Of a stretch of 64,000 nt of DNA, positions 54,847 through 64,000 are shown piece after piece. The stretch comes from Glaucostegus cemiculus (taxonomy: Eukaryota). Numbering within the stretch: position 1 is the first letter of the stretch; the number at the start of each line of letters is the position of its first letter. A program made the translations under genes and the position numbers. The stretch lies in NCBI GenBank assembly GCA_976551045.1, contig CDPCPM010000014.1, positions 24,304,001-24,368,000 on the forward strand, given 5' to 3'. The notes under the pieces are model-generated. The model did no database searches. It was not told where the DNA came from and was given only the letters and a program-made list of their open reading frames with translations.

Positions 54847-56064
54847 CCAGTAGAAGTAGATTTGTTTTTATTTGTTTAAGTTGGTTTCAATGTATTAATT
54901 TGGTATTTATCTGGTAAGTGCACTTTTTAGTGTATTTTTAAACAATATTTTTATTGTTTTTAAACAGGTCCCAAGTGTTATTGGATCTTTGTGAATGTCA
55001 AATACATTCACAAATGTTCAGTAATTGTGGCATCTGTGACAGCTGGCGAGCCTGGGGACAATAGGCTACTGGCACTGACACAGCCCCTTATAAATGCAGT
55101 GTGCTACAACTAATGGCTGTAGCCACGACGGTGGAAAACTGTACCCTTCGCTGTCCTCTTGTAGCTTCTCAGTGTTACCCTGAATTGTCCATCAAAACAC
55201 TTCCAGAACTAAAACTACTGCTGGTAGTTAATTTTTACATTTCTTCTGGGTTTTTTTTTGGGGGGGTGTCCTTCGATCATAGTATCCTAACATGCTTCTA
55301 ATACCACTCTTCAACCAGTCTCAATTATCTGTCTGTCATCTTTGTTTTATAAAAGGGGTTCCAGTGTCATGCCATGGTCCTGCGGCACTGCCCCTTTATC
55401 GCCACCTAGCTCCATCGTTACTTGCTTCTCTTCAGCCGCACAACCTCACACCGTCGGTCACCGTCTCCACTGACATCTCGCTCTGTCACTCACCGTTCTC
55501 CACTGCGCGCTCGGTTTCAGCTCTATTTCTGATCTCCTTCCAGGCCATTGCTATCGATTTTTATCCTCCAGACGACTTATTTGAATTCCGAATTTGCCCT
55601 TATTATCAACACATCTACCCCTGGCTGGAAAGTATTAACTGGCTTATATCTCCATCCAGATCTTGATAACGTTTCTCATGATAAACGTGAACGGAGACAT
55701 AAGAAATAAGAGAATCCGCTTTGAAACGTGGCGCTTTACATCTTTCTCTATTCATCCCTTTTTTTTCACGGCCTCTAACCCACTCCGAGCTGCTGTGGAG
55801 GGTTGAGCGGTGAATGTCACCAATTAGTCTACGCAGTTTAATCTCCTTTCCAGCTCATCCGCACAACCTCTCCAAAGTCCCAACTTTTCTGATTTTTGGG
55901 GGGGGGGGAAGTAAATTAAATCGGTTTCCCACCGACTCCTCTGAGCAAAGAAACAGGAAACCACCTGCTCCCGACGGCACGACTCTGAGCGTTTCCCGAC
56001 TGCTCCACTCCCATCAGCGGGCATCGCCCGGGGGCGGCTCTGCAAACCTGCCGGCGGCGCGACT

Positions 56065-56078
56065 GTCTCCATGGAAAC
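56065..56078. promoter_or_regulatory. RFX X-box-like motif
   Basis: GTCTCCATGGAAAC, close to the X-box consensus GTNRCCATGGYAAC. Confidence 0.7.
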
Positions 56079-56331
56079 GGTTGGCTACAGCGCGGCACGT
56101 GGGGCAGAGCTGAGCGCTGATTGGCCCCAGCCCCGAGCTCCGGGGGGTCCACTGCAGCGCGGCTGGGGGAAACTTTCGACTCGAAGCAACTTTAGCGACG
56201 GCCCGGGTGCGACCAGAAGACACGAAAGTAAGGGAGAGTTTTATTGTATTTACCTCCTTCACACAGGCCGGGCCGCCCGGACGGCAGGGGTGCATTTAAA
56301 GGGCCGAGTGATGTCCGTTTGGCGGTGTTTG

Positions 56332-56345
56332 GTTGCCGTGGAGAC
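56332..56345. promoter_or_regulatory. Second RFX X-box-like motif
   Basis: GTTGCCGTGGAGAC (reverse complement GTCTCCACGGCAAC), inverted relative to the first box. Confidence 0.65.
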
Positions 56346-56744
56346 CTGTGCAGTGTAGCTCTGCTGTGCTCTGCTCCGCTCTGTGTGATGGTGCTTGCAG
56401 CCGTGGCAGAGACCCGCAGCCACTCCACGCAGGTCGCAGGCGTCCTGCAAATTAAGAAACGGGTTCCGAGGAGGAATACGGACGAGGGCAATAACGAGAT
56501 ATATAAACTGTATCATTCGTTAATGATTTTGGTGTTTATTAATGTTTCCCGCCACAAAACATGCACTCTTAATATCCCACCACCTCCGTGCCACGAACGT
56601 TTCTCAGGTGTAGTGCCAACAGTTTCATCATCAACAAGCGAAATGCAGGTTGGAGGGAAATATGAAGGGCATGGATTGAACCCGAGCTCTTTCTGAACTG
56701 TACAGTACAAGAAAAGGGTTGCTTTCATTTATTATTATTAGTTT

Positions 56745-57270
56745 ATGAACACTACAGCAAAGTACAGGCCCTTCGGCCCACAATGTTGTGCCGACACTTT
56801 ATCCTGCTCTAAGATCTATCTAACCCTCCCCTCCCCTCTCCTCCCACATAGCCCCCTATTGTTCTATCATTCATGCGGCTATCTAAGAGTCTCTTAAATG
56901 TCCCAAATGTATCTGCCCCTACAACCTCTGCAAGCAGTGCGTTCCACGCACCCACCACTCTCTGTGTAAAAAACAAATCACCTCTGATATCCCCCTTATA
57001 CCTTCCTTCAATCACCTTAAAATTATGTCCCCTTGTGTTAGCCATTGTCACCCTGGGAAAAAGTCTCTGATTGTCCACTTGATCTATGCCTCTTATCATC
57101 TTGTACACCTTTATCAAGTCCCCTCTCATCCTCCTTCTCTCCAAAGAGAAAAGCCCTAGCTCACTCAACCTATCCTCATTAGACATGCTCTCCAATCCAG
57201 GCAGTATCCTGGTAAATCTCATCTGCACCCTCTCCAGAGCTTCCACATCCTTCCTATAATGAGGTGACTA
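56745..57270 (-). mobile_element. CR1 3' fragment at the edge of the CpG island
   Basis: ORF 56809-57246 EALERVQMRFTRILPG..; resembles the family at 27927-28617. Confidence 0.9.
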
Positions 57271-57519
57271 GGTTAAATGGATTTATTACCAGGATAAGTG
57301 GATCTCATCTTACACCAGAGGCTGCTTGGACTTGTGTCAGGGTTGATCAGTTTACTGTTGCCTGTAGGAGGACAGAGAGAGCGTCCAGTTCAGCCACCCA
57401 CTAATTGATGATAATGTATCACATCCATTGCTTGAGGTGGGAGAGCTACCAGACTGTAGCACCTATAATGAGTCTTCTTTTTATCCACTTTAGTTCTCAT
57501 GGTGCAAAAAAACCCAAAT

Positions 57520-57680
57520 TGATGGGGGATCTCAGCAGAATCGAGCAACATTGTAGAGGCAAATGGCTAGTTGACGTTTTGGGTTGTGACCCTGCATCAG
57601 GTGCTGCTCACCCCAGTGAGTTCCTCCAGCACTTTGTTTTTTGCTCCAGATTCCAGCACTTGCACAGTCTCTTGTGTCTT
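57520..57680. mobile_element. Inverted pair of Penelope-type terminal fragments
   Basis: gacgttttgggttgtgaccctgcatcag (- strand hammerhead relic) abutting + strand tgctgct..gagttcctccagc..ttccagca. Confidence 0.6.
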
Positions 57681-57819
57681 TCTTTCTCATTGTGCATGAT
57701 AGTTTAAATCAGAGATTCCTTCTTTGGTTTAATTCTCTGTTTATAATTTTCCTTTTTTATCATGCTATAAGTAAGATGATAAAATGTAAGTACATGAGAC
57801 AGTCTGTGATTCTCTTATG

Positions 57820-58012
57820 AAAAAAAACAACAAGATGCTGGAGGAACTCAGCAGGCCAGGCAGCATCCGTGGGGAGAAATAAACGGTCAGTGTTTTGGGT
57901 CAGGACCCTTCTTCAGGACTGAAGATAGGAAAAGGGGAAGCCCAATATATAGGAAGGATAAACAGAGCAGTGATAGGTGGACTAAATTGGGGAGGCGGGA
58001 TGGGCACAAGGT
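57820..58012 (-). mobile_element. Penelope-type terminal repeat fragment
   Basis: agatgctggaggaactcagcaggccaggcagcatc signature; reverse strand cagtc-CTGAAGA-agggtcctgaccc-aaaacact-gaccg. Confidence 0.7.
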
Positions 58013-58490
58013 GTACTTTAGTGTTTTGGGTAATGTTCTTTTAACCTACTGTTAAGAAAAGATAGCTTTGATTGCATATCCTGTTTGATTAATGCTATAA
58101 ATTTATCCTTTTCATAATCAAGTGCTGAATTTGTGAAGTCAACCAGAAAGAAAGAAGCAACAGAAAAAATATTGTGCATTCAAGGTCTTCCGAGGGTTCT
58201 CAGCCATTAAATTCTAAAGATATGTTGAGACATATTTCAGTCTTTAATCATTTCATTGCTTTAGAGAAAAAAATGCTTAACAACCACTATATATATCAAC
58301 CATGTATGTAATTAGAGGACACTTGCCCTTTGCATTTTGAATTTGACATGTATTCCCCTAGTAGTGAAGCAAACTAACTGATGAACACTATTATATTATG
58401 AAACCTTTACCTAAATAACATGTTGATATTTAAATTGTATTTAAATGAGCGTGCTTTTCTCCCTAAATGTGTTCTCCTTATTATTCACAG

Positions 58491-61343
58491 AAAATGATAA
58501 GATAATTTCTAATATCTTCCAGAACAAGTATACAACTGCAGGAATGTCAAAGCAATTAAATTCTGATGCCATCTTAAAAACAGACACTCCTCGCACCTGT
58601 GATCTGAAGACTCTACGAGCAAAGCGTCTGGCTTACTTTGTAGACCGCAACCATAAATGTACAAATTCATCTACGGCTGTTGGCAGTATGGGATTTGATG
58701 ACAAACAAGTTAACATTGATCACACAGTTGCTGGCCTGCAAAGGGAAAAGTTGCTTAATGCTGAGCAAAATGTTTCTTTAATAGATAAAGAATTGGATAG
58801 CAATGAATTAACTCAACATACAAGAGCTCAAAATACAAGGGAGGTCCATTGTACAGAGTTAGAAACTTCATGGAACATTTCTGAGGGTGATGAGAAAGCT
58901 GCTTGCACCCCAAAACCAGATTATAATTTCCTGGAGAATCCCACTGTATCAGAAATCCAGAAGCTCAGGCATATTCTGTGCTGGGCTCAAAAAGTCCTGA
59001 AAAAGAGTAAGAAAGATTCAAATACCCAAGTATATCAAAGCACTATAAAGGTAAATGAGACAGAATTGGCTGAGAGCCACTTGAATCCTGACATATCACA
59101 ACCAACCACTTTTAATTGGTCCACAAGTACCAATAGAAGTATCCACAGAGACCCCCTAAGAAGCAGATTTGATGAGGCAAAACACTCAGCAGATAGTTCT
59201 TATGAAAACTGCAGTTCACTTGATTTATTACGGCAACGTGGGACTTTGGTTCCAACTTCCTCCTTTACTACCACCCTGAATGATGTGCAAGAACAATGTA
59301 CATCAACAAATGTTGGCCATTCAGGCAAGCATCATTTTGATTCTAATAATATTTTGGCAAGAAAGTGTACTGAGCAAGTGCACACATATAATGTTTCAAA
59401 TAACAACTGGAAATTTAAAGGTTCAGGAGAAAGTAAAGAGCTGGTGACCAAGTTACCAAATGAAAATTGCCATTCTTTGGCTGGTAATGCGAGTGTACTT
59501 AACAGCGATAATTATTTTTGGATTCCCCTCGAAACTGCTTCAGATGATGAATCTATCACTGAAAATAAACAAATGAAGGAAGCATCTGTGGAACCTTTTG
59601 TGAAAAGCAACATCACTCCACTTTTGTGTCGTAGTAATAATCATTATCACAATAATAATAGGGAGCCAACTTTATCAGCCAGAACAGTAACACTTAGAAA
59701 ATCCCCAGTAACATATTACAGTTCAGGAGGTATATTGGCAAGCCCTGTTAATCTGCATAACACTGTACAACACAACATTAGCAATAACAGCCATAATAAT
59801 AATAGGGAGCCAACTTTATCAGCCAGAACAGTAACACTTAGAAAATCTCCTGTAACATATTGTTACAGTTCAGAAGATATACTGGCCAATCCTGTTAATC
59901 TGCATAACGCTGTCCCACATTACAAGTCAACAGTTTGTGATAAAGGAAAACATAATTATGCATGGGAGGCCAAAAAAGCAGAGGAATATTTCTCAGGAGG
60001 CTGTTATGAACTTTCACCAGGAGACTCAAAAATTGCTGATGAGCCTGGAGTATCACTAAACCTGGAAGATGCAGGTTTTAATTTGAAATCACCAATTGAT
60101 TTGTCAGTTATTCCAACCACCTGCAAATATATAATTGAAGGTTCAAGTGAAGAAATAACAACAAGTGAAAAAGGCAAAGGAACTAAGCTAGACAAAGCTT
60201 CCCAGGAAAGAGCAAAAAGTGACCAGTTCCCTGAAAAATTTAGAAACTTAAGTATTACAAATGCAAATAAAACCTTACATTCATTTTCATCAATATCTCC
60301 AAAATATTGTAGTGACATAGTAATGGACAACAGTGAAAATTTGCCAGCACTGGAAATATTAAAGAAAGAAGCAAACTCTAATAATAATGAAAATGAAGCA
60401 AGGTACCAAATAACCGAGAGTAAGGCACAAAATGCTTTAAAATTGTCTTCATTGCCTATGCTATCATCCTATGATTTCAATAATTCAAAAACATCCAGTC
60501 TGCAATTAGAAAAAGAGGAGTCTATAGAAAGTGAGAGAGACCAAATCACAGAGGAAAATAGAGACTCTTTCCTGTATGCAAGTAATCTGGTCAAATGTTG
60601 CCCTGAGTGCAAAAGTGATAACAGTTCAACTGTTAACTGGTGCACAGAATGTGGATGTGTTCTGATTGGGATTACACCACAACATTGTGATGTTGCCAGT
60701 AATATTGATGGAAGAGCATTCTCAAATCCCAGAGGTAGTCCTAATAAAGAGAAAATAGCAATAGATAGATTAAAAGAGCATTCTGAAATTGTAGAGTCTG
60801 AGGTATATGATTTTAAAGATTCAGAAGACAGTACTTGTTTGTCTTTAGAAATGTGTGAGCCTCAGCTAAGTGTATATGAGAAATATCTTCTGTACATGGA
60901 ACATCTGGAAAAAATACGAGGCCAACATCAAACCAGAGAACAGCGGCAGACTGATGTCCTTTTAGTAAAGGAAAATGCAAATCAAACAGAAATATTGGAT
61001 GAAAACAACAGCTCCTGTGGAAAGCCTGAACCTGAAAATAGTAATGTTGCCTCATTCATACTGACCACACATTTCCCTGACCAAGCAGATAGAAAACACA
61101 TTGTTCATGAACAAGATTCTGAAGACAACCCAACTTCCAAGCCAGACATAGGAACCATACCTTTGGCAGAAAACGTACCAGGAGTTACAGCACTGCATTG
61201 TGGTTTTCAGAAAAATTACTTACAGCAAGATAGCAATGTTGGAACATTGAAGAACATGTTGCACAGAGCTACTTTGAACCAAAACTTTGGAAATCAGAAT
61301 TTTACTTCTCTGGAGTATGAGAACAATAAAGAAACTTTGAAAG
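58491..61343 (+). CDS. Very large coding exon (2853 nt) of an unidentified gene; mostly low-complexity protein with a zinc ribbon and a VBM-like motif
   Basis: 969-codon open frame in AT-rich DNA; acceptor ttattcacag|AA (58490/58491) and donor AAAG|gtaatt (61343/61344), both phase 1; possible in-frame start GGAATGT at 58544; CPECKSDNSSTVNWCTECG at ~60599-60655; no transposon domains recognised. Confidence 0.85.
59632..59919 (+). repeat. 144-bp in-frame tandem duplication within the large exon
   Basis: aataataatagggagccaactttatcagccagaacagtaacacttagaaaatc occurs at 59651 and 59795. Confidence 0.95.
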
Positions 61344-62659
61344 GTAATTATTAAATAGTCAAAGGTTTGCTGTGCTCTTTTACGCTCTCTACACCACACT
61401 TTGTATGTATATAATTTATGTAATTCTAATTTGTTTACCAAATTGAAATTATCCCATGAAATTAAAGGTTTAAAATAGAGTAGTTTTATCTGTGAAACTA
61501 CGGATGAGTTTGTATCTTTATAAGCAAATTTTATCAAAAGGCAATATATAATAATTAGCATGCTAGCAAACCTTGCCATTGGAACATATACCTGCTTCTG
61601 CAGTGTAGATATTGCATCAGAGCTTATTCAGTATTGGAATTGTAGAGAATACAAAGCATACATGTACTGTGCTGACTAATGGAGAAAGTTCAGCACTCAT
61701 AGATATTGTATGTTAAATAAACACATCTTTTTGTTCATTTGTCACAAAATCAGGTATTCAGTTTGTTTCTTCTCATGTCCACATGGCACTTTGCCAAATA
61801 AATGCCTATGCAGCATGGTAATTATTGTTAGCTAGGAAAACTGGGGGATCTACATACACACAGCAAGTTGTCACAAACAGCAAATTCATGAATGATCAAA
61901 TAACCAGTGGTGTTGACTTCTACCTTTGCGTTAAGTCTTTATTAGAACCCAAGTCAGGGTCCTTTGTGTACATAGGTTCTGTTTTGCTCTAAATTCCATA
62001 AACGTTTGAAGAAGCAGGAGTCGAAGTGAAATCATAAATTATTACCAATGTGGCATCACAAAAAGGCTAATTAAATTCCTAGGGCTACACAAATTATCAT
62101 TAAGGAATGTTGATTTTCAGAGGTACTATAGTTGACATAAATAGAATGTAGCCTGTATGATATCTAAATTTGTTCAGCTGTATAATGGAATTAATGTACA
62201 TGATCCATTCACTATGCTTAATTTTGTGAAAACATCTAATATTTTGGCATCACAGTTATGTAGTTGGCAGACAATTTGTTCTTGAGCACATAAAACAGCA
62301 ACAAGTTGGACTCATTCCTTACCCTGTCCAGGTGGTATAAGGGGGTTTTAATTTCTGGATAATACACCATTTAGACCCTTAATTTGATGAATGAACATCC
62401 TTTAATAGCTCATTAAAATGTTAATAAATATGCTTTAGAAATTATGGAATGAAATAAAATCTTTGCACACAACGTTTGGTCTTGCTTGTAATATATTTTG
62501 TAATCAGCCTTTTTTTAAGGGTTTGATCTTTCATCTCAGAGCTTAACTCTGCTCCAGCGTGAGCTCATCTGCTGTTGAAAGCCCATCCAAGCATTTGGTG
62601 GCTCTAAATTTAACTACTCCATAACAGTCCTACTAGCCTCACAAACTCCATTCTATATG

Positions 62660-63060
62660 AATTTAGGGCCATCCAGAACTGATGCTTGTTGCCTGACTTG
62701 CATTGTCCACTTCACTTGTTGTCCCTGTGCTCACTGACAGGAGCTTCCAGTCTGGTAGCAGCTTGATTTTAAAATTCTCATGCTTGTTTTAAATCACACC
62801 ATGGCCTTGTCTCTTCCCATCCCTGTAACCTCCCTACAACATTCCGAGATTGCTGATTTTAATCGCTCCGCCGTTGGTGACCTTAGTCCCAAAATTCAGG
62901 GAGTTCCCTTGCTAAGGTGTTCTATCACTCAACCTTCCTCCTTACAGAGGATACTTCTTAAAAACTCATCATTTGCCTTAACATATCCTTATGAGTCACC
63001 ATGTCAAGTTTTCTTTTGTAACACTCCTGTAAAGCACCTTGGGATTTTTACACTAACTGA
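62660..63060 (+). mobile_element. L2-like LINE 3' fragment
   Basis: tttaaaattctcatgcttgttttaaatc and 3' end cctgtaaagcaccttgggattttt. Confidence 0.6.
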
Positions 63061-63124
63061 AGTACTAAAACTCACACACACACACAGTTTGGAAAGACAA
63101 CCAATACATCTAAATAAATAAAAG

Positions 63125-64000
63125 AAGTTGTTTAAAAAAGGTTCTAAAAGTAAACCAGGTAATTACAGGCCGGTGAGCCTGACATCAGTAGTAGGTAAAT
63201 TATTGGAAGGTGTTCTGGGAGATCAAATATACAAGTATTTGGACAGCCAAGGGCTGATTAAGGTAATCAGCATGGCTTTGTGTGTGGTAGATCATGTTTA
63301 ACAAAGTTTTATGAGGAGGTTACCAAGAAAGTAAATGAAGGAAGGGCTATGGATGTTGTCCACATGGACTTTAGTAAGGCCTTTGACAAGGTCCCACATG
63401 GGAGGTTAGTTCACAAGGTTCAGACACTAGGTATCCATGGAGAGGTTGTAAACTGGATTCAAAATTGGCTGTGTGGGAGAAAACAGAGTAGTAGTGGTTG
63501 ATTGTTTCTCAGACTGGAGGCCTGTGACTAGTGGTGTGCCTCAGGGGTCTGGGCTGTGGGACCATTATTGTTTGTTGTCCATATCAATGATCTAGATGAT
63601 AATGTGGTAAACTGGATCAGCAAGTTTACTGATGACACTAAGATTGGAGGCATGTGGACAGCAAGGAAGGCTTTCAAAGCTTGCAGAGGCATCTAGACCA
63701 AATGGAAAAATGGACCAGAAAATGGCTGATGGAATTTAATGCAGACAAGTGTGAGGTGTTGCATTTTGGAAGGACAAATCAAGGTAGGACATATGTAGTA
63801 AATGGTAGAGCACTGAGGAGTGTGGAGGAACAAAGGGATCTGGGAATTCCGATACATAATTCCCTGAAAGTGGCGTCACAGGTAGACAGGGTTGTAAAGA
63901 AGGCTTTTGGCATCCTGGCATTCATAAATCAAAGTATTGAGTATAGGAGTTGGGATATTATGGTGAGGTTGTATAAGTCATTGGTGAGACCAAATTTGGA
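63125..64000 (+). mobile_element. CR1 RT fragment running off the window end
   Basis: NYRPVSLTSVVGKLLE, DFSKAFDKVPH, INDLD..FTDDTK. Confidence 0.9.

Larger units (their letters stand above)
55940..56490 (+). promoter_or_regulatory. CpG island / probable promoter and first exon of the downstream unidentified gene
   Basis: Abrupt GC- and CpG-rich stretch in a CpG-depleted window; ATTGG (reverse CCAAT box) 56120-56124; lies ~2 kb upstream of the large exon. Confidence 0.8.

Noticed and set aside
55814-56696. Multiple overlapping ORFs in the CpG island
   Set aside because: Expected from high GC content and few stop codons; no domain recognised; first-exon boundaries cannot be fixed
58445-58490. 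ATG at 58445 as the start of a single-exon 969-aa gene
   Set aside because: It overlaps a polypyrimidine tract and AG acceptor, and the ORF ends just past a GT donor, so it is a spliced exon

Overview
AT-rich vertebrate genomic DNA; the repeat content (many CR1 families, HE1/V-SINE-like SINEs, Penelope-type termini) points to a cartilaginous fish (inference). The + strand carries the 3' half of FRMD3: seven coding exons with consistent splice phases from 4636 to 42065, covering the FERM-C/FA regions and the hydrophobic C-terminus. Downstream is a CpG-island promoter (~55.9-56.5 kb) with two RFX X-box-like motifs. It is followed by a 2853-nt symmetric exon of a gene I cannot name, which encodes a p97/VCP-binding-like motif, a 48-aa internal duplication and a CxxC..CxxC zinc ribbon. 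The ~25-kb last FRMD3 intron holds a three-layer retrotransposon nest: a full-length L1-clade element with a 10-bp TSD, inside a CR1(-), inside a CR1(+). It also holds an internally deleted Gypsy relic and several SINEs. Six dispersed Penelope-type terminal repeats carry minimal type-I hammerhead ribozyme motifs, two with apparently intact cores. All calls are by eye without database searches; repeat boundaries are approximate unless a TSD or splice site is quoted.
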